Shown piece after piece: positions 10,901-23,900 of a stretch of 64,000 bases of DNA. The DNA is from the human T2T-CHM13v2.0 reference genome, Homo sapiens. A program made the translations under genes and the position numbers. Numbering within the stretch: position 1 is the stretch's first letter; each line of letters starts with the position of its first letter. A model generated the notes under the pieces. That model had not been told where the DNA came from, searched no databases, and saw nothing but the letters and a program-made list of their open reading frames with translations. Location of the stretch: NCBI RefSeq assembly GCF_009914755.1, contig NC_060925.1; one strand, written 5' to 3'.

Positions 10901-13900
10901 GCTCTTTAAGGTCAACGGCAGAAAAGGAAATATCTTCGTTTCAAAACTAGACAGAATCATTCCCACAAACTGCGTTGTGATGTGTTCGTTCAACTCACAG
11001 AGTTTAACCTTTCTGTTCATAGAGCAGTTAGGAAACACTCTGTGTGTAAAGTCTGCAAGTGGATATTCAGACCTCTTTGAGGCCTTCGTTGGAAACGGGA
11101 TTTCTTCATATTCTGCTAGACAGAAGAATTCTCAGTAACTTCCTTGTGTTGTGTGTATTCAACTCACAGAGTTGAACGATCCTTTACACAGAGCAGACTT
11201 GAAACACTCTTTTTGTGGAATTTGCAAGTGGAGATTTCAGCCGCTTTGAGGTCAATGGTAGAATAGGAAATATCTTCCTATAGAAACTAGACAGAATGAT
11301 TCTCAGAAACTCCTTTGTGATGTGTGCGTTCAACTCACAGAGTTTAACCTTTCTTTTCATAGAGCAGTTAGGAAACACTCTGTTTGTAAAGTCTGCAAGT
11401 GGATATTCAGACCTCTTTGAGGCCTTCGTTGGAAACGGGATTTCTTCATATTCTGCTAGACAGAAGAATTCTCAGTAACTTCCTTGTGTTGTGTGTATGC
11501 AACTCACAGAGTTGAACGATCCTTTACACAGAGCAGACTTGAAACACTCTTTTTGTGGAATTTGCAATTGGAGATTTCAGCCGCTTTGAGGTCAATGGTA
11601 GAAAAGGAAACTATCTTCATATAAAGACTAGACAGAATGATTCTCAGAAAATCTTTTGTGATGTGTGCGTTCAACTCACAGAGTTTAACTTTTCTTCTCA
11701 TAGAGCAGTTAGGAAACACTCTGTTTGTAAAGTCTGCAAGTGGATATTCAGACCTCTTTGAGGCCTTCGTTGGAAACGGGATTTCTTCATATTATGCTAG
11801 ACAGAATAATTCTCAGTAACTTCCTTGTGTTGTGTGTATTCAACTCACAGAGTTGAAGGATCCTTTACAGAGAGCAGGCTTGAAACACTCTTTTTGTCGA
11901 ATTTGCAAGTGGAGATTTCAGCCGCTTTGAGGTCAATGGTAGAATAGGAAATATCTTCTTATAGAAACTAGACAGAATGATTCTCATAAACTCCTTTGTG
12001 ATGTGTGCGTTCAACTCACAGAGTTTAACCTTTCTTTTCATAGAGCAGTTAGGAAACACTCTGTTTGTAAAGTCTGCAAGTGGATATTCAGACCTCTTTG
12101 AGGCCTTCGTTGGAAACGGGATTTCTTCATATTCTGCTAGACAGAAGAATTCTCAGTAACTTCCTTGTGTTGTGTGTATTCAACTCACAGAGTTGAACGA
12201 TCCTTTACACAGAGCAGACTTGAAACACTCTATTTGTAGAATTTGCAAGTGGAGATTTCAGCCGCTTTGAGGTCAATAGTAGAAAAGGAAATATCTTCGT
12301 AGAAAAACTAGACAGAATGATTCTCAGAAACTCCTTTGTGATGTGTGTGTTCAACTCACAGAGTTTAACCTTTCTTTTCATAGAGCAGTTAGTAAACACT
12401 CTGTTTATAAAGTCTGCAAGTGGATATTCAGACCCCTTTGAGGCCTTCGTTGGAAACGGGATTTCTTCATATTATGCTAGACAGAAGAATTCTCAGTAAC
12501 TTCCTTGTGTTGTGTGTATTCAACTGACAGAGTTGAACTTTCATTTAGAGAGAGCAGATTTGAAACACTGTTTTTGTGGAATTTGCAAGTGGAGATTTCA
12601 AGCGCTTTGGGGCCAAAGGCAGAAAAGGAAATATCTTCGTATAAAAACTAGACAGAATCATTCTCAGAAACTGCTGCGTGATGTGTGCGTTCAACTCTCA
12701 GAGTTTAACTTTTCTTTTCATTCAGCGGTTTGGAAACACTCTGTTTGTAAAGTCTGCACGTGGAAATTTTGACCACTTAGAGGCCTCCGTTGGAAACGGG
12801 TTTTTTTCATGTAAGGCTAGACAGAAGAATTCCCAGTAACTTCCTTGTGTTGTGTGCATTCAACTCACAGAGTTGAACGTTCCCTTAGACAGAGCAGATT
12901 TGAAACACTCTATTTGTGCAATTTGCAAGTGTAGATTTCAAGCGCTTTAAGGTCAATGGCAGAAAAGGAAATATCTTCGTTTCAAAACTAGACAGAATCA
13001 TTCCCACAAACTGCGTTGTGATGTGTTCGTTCAACTCACAGAGTTTAACCTTTCTGTTCATAGAGCAGTTAGGAAACACTCTGTTTGTAAAGTCTGTAAG
13101 TGGATATTCTGACATCTTGTGGCCTTCGTTGGAAACGGGATTTCTTCATATTCTGCTAGACAGAAGAATTCTCAGTAACTTCCTTGTGTTGTGTGTATTC
13201 AACTCACAGAGTTGAACGATCCTTTACACAGAGCAGACTTGAAACACTCTTTTTGTGGAATTTGCAAGTGGAGATTTCAGCCGCTTTGAGGTCAATGGTA
13301 GAAAAGGAAACTATCTTCATATAAAGACTAGACAGAATGATTCTCAGAAAATCTTTTGTGATGTGTGCGTTCAACTCACAGAGTTTAACTTTTCTTCTCA
13401 TAGAGCAGTTAGGAAACACTCTGTTTGTAAATTGTGCAAGTGGATATTCAGACCTCTTTGAGGCCGTCGTTGGAAACGGGATTTCTTCATATTATGCTAG
13501 ACAGAATAATTCTCAGTAACTTCCTTGTGTTGTGTGTATTCAACTCACAGAGTTGAAGGATCCTTTACAGAGAGCAGGCTTGAAACACTCTTTTTGTCGA
13601 ATTTGCAAGTGGAGATTTCAGCCGCTTTGAGGTCAATGGTAGAATAGGAAATATCTTCTTATACAAACTAGACAGAATGATTCTCATAAACTCCTTTGTG
13701 ATGTGTGCGTTCAACTCACAGAGTTTAACCTTTCTTTTCATAGAGCAGTTAGGAAACACTCTGTTTGTAAAGTCTGCAAGTGGATATTCAGACCTACTTG
13801 AGGCCTTCGTTGGAAACGGGATTTCTTCATATTCTGCTAGACAGAAGAATTCTCAGTAACTTCCTTGTGTTGTGTTTATTCAACTCACAGAGTTGAATGA

Positions 13901-16900
13901 TCCTTTACACAGAGCAGACTTGAAACTCTCTTTTTGTGGAATTTGCAAGTGGAGATTTCAGCCGCTTTGAGGTCAATGGTAGAAAAGCAAATATCTTCGT
14001 ATAAAGACTAGACAGAATGATTCTCAGAAACTCCTTTGTGATGTGTGCGTTCAACTCACAGAGTTTAACCTTTCTGTTCATAGAGCAGTTAGGAAACACT
14101 CTGTTTGTAAAGTCTGCAAGTGGATATTCAGACCTCCTTGAGGCCTTCGTTGGAAACGGGATTTCTTCATATTCTGCTAGACAGAAGAATTCTCAGTAAC
14201 TTCCTTGTGTTGTGTGTATTCAACTCACAGAGTTGAACGATCCTTTACACAGAGCAGACTTGAAACACTCTTTTTGTGGAATTTGCAAGTGGAGATTTCA
14301 GCCGCTTTGAGGTCAATGGTAGAATAGGAAATATCTTCTTATACAAACTAGACAGAATGATTCTCATGAACTCCTTTGTGATGTGTGCGTTCAACTCACA
14401 GAGTTTAACCTTTGTTTTCATAGAGCAGTTAGGAAACACTCTGTTTGTAAAGTCTGCAAGTGGATATTCAGACCTCTTTGAGGCCTTCGTTGGAAACGGG
14501 ATTTCTTCATATTATGCTAGACAGAAGAATTCTCAGTAACTTCCTTGTGTTGTGTGTATTCAGCTGACAGAGTTGAACTTTCATTTAGAGAGAGCAGATT
14601 TGAAACACTGTTTTTGTGTAATTTGCAATTGGAGATATCAAGCGCTTTGGGGCCAAACGCAGAAAAGGAAATATCTTCGTATAAAAACTAGACAGAATCA
14701 TTCTCAGGAACTGCTGCGTGATGTGTGCGTTCAACTCTCAGAGTTTAACTTTTCTTTTCATTCAGCGGTTTGGAAACACTCTGTTTGTAAAGTCTGCAAG
14801 TGGATATTTTGACCACTTAGAGGCCTTCGTTGGAAACGGGTTTTTTTCATGTAAGGCTAGACAGAAGAATTCCCAGTAACTTCCTTGTGTTGTGTGCATT
14901 CAACTCACAGAGTTGAACGTTCCCTTAGACAGAGCAGATTTGAAACACTCTATTTGTGCAATTTGCAAGTGTAGATTTCAAGCGCTTTAAGGTCAATGGC
15001 AGAAAAGGAAATGTCTTCGTTTCAAAACTAGACAGAATCATTCCCACAAACTGCGTTGTGACGTGTTCGTTCAACTCACAGAGTTTAACCTTTCTGTTCA
15101 TAGAGCAGTTAGGAAACACTCTGTTTGTAAAGTCTGCAAGTGGATATTCAGACCTCCTTGAGGCCTTCGTTGGAAACGGGATTTCTTCATATTATGCTAG
15201 ACAGAATAATTCTCAGTAACTTCCTTGTGTTGTGTGTATTCAACTCACAGAGTTCAAGGATCCTTTACAGAGAGCAGGCTTGAAACACTCTTTTTGTCGA
15301 ATTTGCAAGTGGAGATTTCAGCCGCTTTGAGGTCAATGGTAGAATAGGAAATATCTTCTTATACAAACTAGACAGAATGATTCTCATGAACTCCTTTGTG
15401 ATGTGTGCGTTCAACTCACAGAGTTTAACCTTTGTTTTCATAGAGCAGTTAGGAAACACTCTGTTTGTAAAGTCTGCAAGTGGATATTCAGACCTCCTTG
15501 AGGCCTTCTTTGGAAACGGGATTTCTTCATATTCTGCTAGACAGAAGAATTCTCAGTAACTTCCTTGTGTTGTGTGTATTCAACTCACAGAATTGAACGA
15601 TCCTTTACACAGAGCAGACTTGAAACATTCTTTTTGTGGAATTTGCAAGTGGAGATTTCAGCCGCTTTGAGGTCAATCGTAGAATAGGAAATATCTTCCT
15701 ATAGAAACTAGACAGAACGATTCTCAGAAACTCCTTTGTGATGTGTGCGTACAACTCACAGAGTTTAACCTTTCTGTTCATAGAGCAGTTAGGAAACACT
15801 CTGTTTGTAAAGTCTGCAAGTGGATATTCAGACCTCTTTGAGGCCTTCGTTGGAAACGGGATTTCTTCATATTCTGCTAGACAGAAGAATTCTCAGTAAC
15901 TTCCTTGTGTTGTGTGTATTCAACTCACAGAGTTGTACGATCCTTTACACAGAGCAGACTTGAAACACTCTTTTTGTGGAATTTGCAAGTGGAGATTTCA
16001 GCCGCTTTGAGGTCAATAGTAGAAAAGGAAATATCTTCGTAGAAAAACTAGACAGAATGATTCTCAGAAACTCCTTTGTGATGTGTGCGTTCAACTCACA
16101 GAGTTTAACCTTTCTTTTCATAGAGCAGTTAGGAAACACTCTGTTTGTAAAGTCTGCAAGTGGATATTCAGACCTCTTTGAGGCCTTCGTTGGAAACGGG
16201 ATTTCTTCATATTCTGCTAGACAGAATAATTCTCAGTAACTTCCTTGTGTTGTGTGTATTCAACTCACAGAGTTGAAAGATCCTTTACAGAGAGCAGGCT
16301 TGAAACACTCTTTTTGTCGAATTTGCAAGTGGAGATTTCAGCCGCTTTGAGGTCAATGGTAGAATAGGAAATATCTTCTTATAGAAACTAGACAGAATGA
16401 TTCTCATAAACTCCTTTGTGATGTGTGCGTTCAACTCACAGAGTTTAACCTTTCTTTTCATAGAGCAGTTAGGAAACACTCTGTTTGTAAAGTCTGCAAG
16501 TGGATATTCAGACCTCCTTGAGGCCTTCGTTGGAAACGGGATTTCTTCATATTCTGCTAGACAGAAGAATTCTCAGTAACTTCCTTGTGTTGTGTTTATT
16601 CAACTCACAGAGTTGAATGATCCTTTACACAGAGCAGACTTGAAACACTCTTTTTGTGGAATTTGCAAGTGGAGATTTCAGCCGCTTTGAGGTCAATGGT
16701 AGTAAAGTAAATATCTTCGTATAAAGACTAGACAGAATGATTCTCAGAAACTCCTTTGTGATGTGTGCGTTCAACTCACAGAGTTTAACCTTTCTGTTCA
16801 TAGAGCAGTTAGGAAACACTCTGTTTGTAAAGTCTGCAAGTGGATATTCAGACCTCCTTGAGGCCTTCGTTGGAAACGGGATTTCTTCATATTCTGCTAG

Positions 16901-17246
16901 ACAGAAGAATTCTCAATAACTTCCTTGTGTTGTGTGTATTCAACTCACAGAGTTGAACGATCCTTTACACAGAGCAGACTTGAAACACTCTTTTTGTGGA
17001 ATTTGCAAGTGGAGATTTCAGCCGCTTTCAGGTCAATAGTAGAAAAGGAAATATCTTCGTAGAAAAACTAGACAGAATGATTCTCAGAAACTCCTTTGTG
17101 ATGTGTGTGTTCAACTCACAGAGTTTAACCTTTCTTTTCATAGAGCAGTTAGTAAACACTCTGTTTATAAAGTCTGCAAGTGGATATTCAGACCCCTTTG
17201 AGGCCTTCGTTGGAAACGGGATTTCTTCATATTATGCTAGACAGAA

Positions 17247-19966
17247 GAATTCTCAGTAACTTCCTTGTGTTGTGTGTATTCAACTGACAGAGTTGAACTT
17301 TCATTTAGAGAGAGCAGATTTGAAACACTGTTTTTGTGGAATTTGCAAGTGGAGATTTCAAGCGCTTTGGGGCCAAAGGCACAAAAGGAAATATCTTCGT
17401 ATAAAAACTAGACAGAATCATTCTCAGAAACTGCTGCGTGATGTGTGCGTTCAATTCTCAGAGTTTAACTTTTCTTTTCATTCAGCGGTTTGGAAACACT
17501 CTGTTTGTAAAGTCTGCACGTGGAAATTTTGACCACTTAGAGGCCTTCGTTGGAAACGGGTTTTTTTCATGTAAGGCTAGACAGAAGAATTCCCAGTAAC
17601 TTCCTTGTGTTGTGTGCATTCAACTCACAGAGTTGAACGTTCCCTTAGACAGAGCAGATTTGAAACACTCTATTTGTGCAATTTGCAAGTGTAGATTTCA
17701 AGCGCTTTAAGGTCAATGGCAGAAAAGGAAATATCTTCGTTTCAAAACTAGACAGAATCATTCCCACAAACTGCGTTGTGATGTGTTCGTTCAACTCACA
17801 GAGTTTAACCTTTCTGTTCATAGAGCAGTTAGGAAACACTCTGTTTGTAAAGTCTGTAAGTGGATATTCTGACATCTTGTGGCCTTCGTTGGAAACGGGA
17901 TTTCTTCATATTCTGCTAGACAGAAGAATTCTCAGTAACTTCCTTGTGTTGTGTGTATTCAACTCACAGAGTTGAACGATCCTTTACACAGAGCAGACTT
18001 GAAACACTCTTTTTGTGGAATTTGCAAGTGGAGATTTCAGCCGCTTTGAGGTCAATGGTAGAAAACGAAACTATCTTCATATAAAGACTAGACAGAATGA
18101 TTCTAAGAAAATCTTTTGTGATGTGTGCGTTCAACTCACAGAGTTTAACTTTTCTTCTCATAGAGCAGTTAGGAAACACTCTGTTTGTAAAGTGTGCAAG
18201 TGGATATTCAGACCTCTTTGAGGCCTTCGTTGGAAAAGGGATTTCTTCATATTATGCTAGACAGAATAATTCTCAGTAACTTCCTTGTGTTGTGTGTATT
18301 CAACTCACAGAGTTGAAGGATCCTTTACAGAGAGCAGGCTTGAAACACTCTTTTTGTCGAATTTGCAAGTGGAGATTTCAGCCGCTTTGAGGTCAATGGT
18401 AGAATAGGAAATATCTTCTTATAGAAACTAGACAGAATGATTCTCATAAACTCCTTTGTGATGTGTGCGTTCAACTCACAGAGTTTAACCTTTCTTTTCA
18501 TAGAGCAGTTAGGAAACACTCTGTTTGTAAAGTCTGCAAGTGGATATTCAGACCTACTTGAGGCCTTCGTTGGAAACGGGATTTCTTCATATTCTGCTAG
18601 ACAGAAGAATTCTCAGTAACTTCCTTGTGTTGTGTTTATTCAACTCACAGAGTTGAATGATCCTTTACACAGAGCAGACTTGAAACTCTCTTTTTGTGGA
18701 ATTTGCAAGTGGAGATTTCAGCCGCTTTGAGGTCAATGGTAGAAAAGTAAATATCTTCGTATAAAGACTAGACAGAATGATTCTCAGAAACTCCTTTGTG
18801 ATGTGTGCGTTCAACTCACAGAGTTTAACCTTTCTGTTCATAGAGCAGTTAGGAAACACTCTGTTTGTAAAGTCTGCAAGTGGATATTCAGACCTCCTTG
18901 AGGCCTTCGTTGGAAACGGGATTTCTTCATATTCTGCTAGACAGAAGAATTCTCAGTAACTTCCTTCTGTTGTGTGTATTCAACTCACAGAGTTGAACGA
19001 TCCTTTACACAGAGCAGACTTGAAACACTCTTTTTGTGGAATTTGCAAGTGGAGATTTCAGCCGCTTTGAGGTCAATGGTAGAAAAGGAAATATCTTCGT
19101 ATAAAGACTAGACAGAATGATTCTCAGAAACTCCTTTGTGATGTGTGCGTTCAACTCACAGAGTTTAACTTTTCTTTTCATAGAGCCGTTAGGAAACACT
19201 CTGTTTGTAAAGTCTGCAAGTGGATATTCAGACCTCTTTGAGGCCTTCGTTGGAAACGGGATTTCTTCATATTATGCTAGACAGAAGAATTCTCAGTAAC
19301 TTCCTTGTGTTGTGTGTATTGAACTCATAGAGTTGAACGATCCTTTACACAGAGCAGACTTGAAACATTCTTTTTGTGGAATTTGCAAGTGGAGATTTCA
19401 GCCGCTTTGAGGTCAATGGTAGAATAGGAAATATCTTCCTATAGAAACTAGACAGAACGATTCTCAGAAACTCCTTTGTGATGTGTGCGTTCAACTCACA
19501 GAGTTTAACCTTTCTTTTCATAGAGCAGTTAGGAAACACTCTGTTTGTAAAGTCTGCAAGTGGATATTCAGACCTCTTTGAGGCCTTCGTTGGAAACGGG
19601 ATTTCTTCATATTCTGCTAGACAGAAGAATTCTCAGTAACTTCCTTGTGTTGTGTGTATTCAACTCACAGAGTTGCACGATCCTTTACACAGAGCAGACT
19701 TGAAACACTCTTTTTGTGGAATTTGCAAGTGGAGATTTCAGCCGCTTTGAGGTCAATATTAGAAAAGGAAATATCTTCGTAGAAAAACTACACAGAATGA
19801 TTCTCAGAAACTCCTTTGTGATGTGTGTGTTCAACTCACAGAGTTTAACCTTTCTTTTCATAGAACAGTTAGTAAACACTCTGTTTATAAAGTCTGCAAG
19901 TGGATATTCAGACCCATTTGAGGCCTTCGTTGGAAACGGGATTTCTTCATATTATGCTAGACAGAA
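17247..19966 (+). repeat. 16-mer HOR variant (2,720 bp; cassette plus 6 dimers)
   Basis: Cassette spacing is 2,720 bp. Sister units with the same rare variants lie at 20986-23705, 33225-35944 and 41723-44442. Confidence 0.88.
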
Positions 19967-20985
19967 GAATTCTCAGTAACTTCCTTGTGTTGTGTGTATT
20001 CAACTGACAGAGTTGAACTTTCATTTAGAGAGAGCAGATTTGAAACACTGTTTTTGTGGAATTTGCAAGTGGAGATTTCAAGCGCTTTGGGGCCAAAGGC
20101 AGAAAAGGAAATATCTTCGTATAAAAACTAGACAGAATCATTCTCAGAAACTGCTGCGTGATGTGTGCGTTCAACTCTCAGAGTTTAACTTTTCTTTTCA
20201 TTCAGCGGTTTGGAAACACTCTGTTTGTAAAGTCTGCATGTGGAAATTTTGACCACTTAGAGGCCTTCGTTGGAAACGGGTTTTTTTCATGTAAGGCTAG
20301 ACAGAAGAATTCCCAGTAACTTCCTTGTGTTGTGTGCATTCAACTCACAGAGTTGAACGTTCCCTTAGACAGAGCAGATTTGAAACACTCTATTTGTGCA
20401 ATTTGCAAGTGTAGATTTCAAGCGCTTTAAGGTCAACGGCAGAAAAGGAAATATCTTCGTTTCAAAACTAGACAGAATCATTCCCACAAACTGCGTTGTG
20501 ATGTGTTCGTTCAACTCACAGAGTTTAACCTTTCTGTTCATAGAGCAGTTAGGAAACACTCTGTTTGTAAAGTCTGTAAGTGGATATTCTGACATCTTGT
20601 GGCCTTCGTTGGAAACGGGATTTCTTCATATTCTGCTAGACAGAAGAATTCTCAGTAACTTCCTTGTGTTGTGTGTATTCAACTCACAGAGTTGAACGAT
20701 CCTTTACACAGAGCAGACTTGAAACACTCTTTTTGTGGAATTTGCAATTGGAGATTTCAGCCGCTTTGAGGTCAATAGTAGAAAAGGAAATATCTTCGTA
20801 GAAAAACTAGACAGAATGATTCTCAGAAACTCCTTTGTGATGTGTGTGTTCACCTCACAGAGTTTAACCTTTCTTTTCATAGAGCAGTTAGTAAACACTC
20901 TGTTTATAAAGTCTGCAAGTGGATATTCAGACCCCTTTGAGGCCTTCGTTGGAAACGGGATTTCTTCATATTATGCTAGACAGAA
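19967..20985 (+). repeat. Minimal 6-mer HOR unit (1,019 bp): tetramer cassette plus one basic dimer
   Basis: Cassette-to-cassette distance is 1,019 bp. The same minimal unit occurs at 23706-24724, 26425-27444 (1,020 bp), 35945-36963 and 44443-45461. This agrees with the 6-mer described for the chr1/5/19 array. Confidence 0.88.
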
Positions 20986-23900
20986 GAATTCTCAGTAACT
21001 TCCTTGTGTTGTGTGTATTCAACTGACAGAGTTGAACTTTCATTTAGAGAGAGCAGATTTGAAACACTGTTTTTGTGGAATTTGCAAGTGGAGATTTCAA
21101 GCGCTTTGGGGCCAAAGGCACAAAAGGAAATATCTTCGTATAAAAACTAGACAGAATCATTCTCAGAAACTGCTGCGTGATGTGTGCGTTCAATTCTCAG
21201 AGTTTAACTTTTCTTTTCATTCAGCGGTTTGGAAACACTCTGTTTGTAAAGTCTGCACGTGGAAATTTTGACCACTTAGAGGCCTTCGTTGGAAACGGGT
21301 TTTTTTCATGTAAGGCTAGACAGAAGAATTCCCAGTAACTTCCTTGTGTTGTGTGCATTCAACTCACAGAGTTGAACGTTCCCTTAGACAGAGCAGATTT
21401 GAAACACTCTATTTGTGCAATTTGCAAGTGTAGATTTCAAGCGCTTTAAGGTCAATGGCAGAAAAGGAAATATCTTCGTTTCAAAACTAGACAGAATCAT
21501 TCCCACAAACTGCGTTGTGATGTGTTCGTTCAACTCACAGAGTTTAACCTTTCTGTTCATAGAGCAGTTAGGAAACACTCTGTTTGTAAAGTCTGTAAGT
21601 GGATATTCTGACATCTTGTGGCCTTCGTTGGAAACGGGATTTCTTCATATTCTGCTAGACAGAAGAATTCTCAGTAACTTCCTTGTGTTGTGTGTATTCA
21701 ACTCACAGAGTTGAACGATCCTTTACACAGAGCAGACTTGAAACACTCTTTTTGTGGAATTTGCAAGTGGAGATTTCAGCCGCTTTGAGGTCAATGGTAG
21801 AAAACGAAACTATCTTCATATAAAGACTAGACAGAATGATTCTAAGAAAATCTTTTGTGATGTGTGCGTTCAACTCACAGAGTTTAACTTTTCTTCTCAT
21901 AGAGCAGTTAGGAAACACTCTGTTTGTAAAGTGTGCAAGTGGATATTCAGACCTCTTTGAGGCCTTCGTTGGAAAAGGGATTTCTTCATATTATGCTAGA
22001 CAGAATAATTCTCAGTAACTTCCTTGTGTTGTGTGTATTCAACTCACAGAGTTGAAGGATCCTTTACAGAGAGCAGGCTTGAAACACTCTTTTTGTCGAA
22101 TTTGCAAGTGGAGATTTCAGCCGCTTTGAGGTCAATGGTAGAATAGGAAATATCTTCTTATAGAAACTAGACAGAATGATTCTCATAAACTCCTTTGTGA
22201 TGTGTGCGTTCAACTCACAGAGTTTAACCTTTCTTTTCATAGAGCAGTTAGGAAACACTCTGTTTGTAAAGTCTGCAAGTGGATATTCAGACCTACTTGA
22301 GGCCTTCGTTGGAAACGGGATTTCTTCATATTCTGCTAGACAGAAGAATTCTCAGTAACTTCCTTGTGTTGTGTTTATTCAACTCACAGAGTTGAATGAT
22401 CCTTTACACAGAGCAGACTTGAAACTCTCTTTTTGTGGAATTTGCAAGTGGAGATTTCAGCCGCTTTGAGGTCAATGGTAGAAAAGTAAATATCTTCGTA
22501 TAAAGACTAGACAGAATGATTCTCAGAAACTCCTTTGTGATGTGTGCGTTCAACTCACAGAGTTTAACCTTTCTGTTCATAGAGCAGTTAGGAAACACTC
22601 TGTTTGTAAAGTCTGCAAGTGGATATTCAGACCTCCTTGAGGCCTTCGTTGGAAACGGGATTTCTTCATATTCTGCTAGACAGAAGAATTCTCAGTAACT
22701 TCCTTCTGTTGTGTGTATTCAACTCACAGAGTTGAACGATCCTTTACACAGAGCAGACTTGAAACACTCTTTTTGTGGAATTTGCAAGTGGAGATTTCAG
22801 CCGCTTTGAGGTCAATGGTAGAAAAGGAAATATCTTCGTATAAAGACTAGACAGAATGATTCTCAGAAACTCCTTTGTGATGTGTGCGTTCAACTCACAG
22901 AGTTTAACTTTTCTTTTCATAGAGCCGTTAGGAAACACTCTGTTTGTAAAGTCTGCAAGTGGATATTCAGACCTCTTTGAGGCCTTCGTTGGAAACGGGA
23001 TTTCTTCATATTATGCTAGACAGAAGAATTCTCAGTAACTTCCTTGTGTTGTGTGTATTGAACTCATAGAGTTGAACGATCCTTTACACAGAGCAGACTT
23101 GAAACATTCTTTTTGTGGAATTTGCAAGTGGAGATTTCAGCCGCTTTGAGGTCAATGGTAGAATAGGAAATATCTTCCTATAGAAACTAGACAGAACGAT
23201 TCTCAGAAACTCCTTTGTGATGTGTGCGTTCAACTCACAGAGTTTAACCTTTCTTTTCATAGAGCAGTTAGGAAACACTCTGTTTGTAAAGTCTGCAAGT
23301 GGATATTCAGACCTCTTTGAGGCCTTCGTTGGAAACGGGATTTCTTCATATTCTGCTAGACAGAAGAATTCTCAGTAACTTCCTTGTGTTGTGTGTATTC
23401 AACTCACAGAGTTGCACGATCCTTTACACAGAGCAGACTTGAAACACTCTTTTTGTGGAATTTGCAAGTGGAGATTTCAGCCGCTTTGAGGTCAATATTA
23501 GAAAAGGAAATATCTTCGTAGAAAAACTACACAGAATGATTCTCAGAAACTCCTTTGTGATGTGTGTGTTCAACTCACAGAGTTTAACCTTTCTTTTCAT
23601 AGAACAGTTAGTAAACACTCTGTTTATAAAGTCTGCAAGTGGATATTCAGACCCATTTGAGGCCTTCGTTGGAAACGGGATTTCTTCATATTATGCTAGA
23701 CAGAAGAATTCTCAGTAACTTCCTTGTGTTGTGTGTATTCAACTGACAGAGTTGAACTTTCATTTAGAGAGAGCAGATTTGAAACACTGTTTTTGTGGAA
23801 TTTGCAAGTGGAGATTTCAAGCGCTTTGGGGCCAAAGGCAGAAAAGGAAATATCTTCGTATAAAAACTAGACAGAATCATTCTCAGAAACTGCTGCGTGA

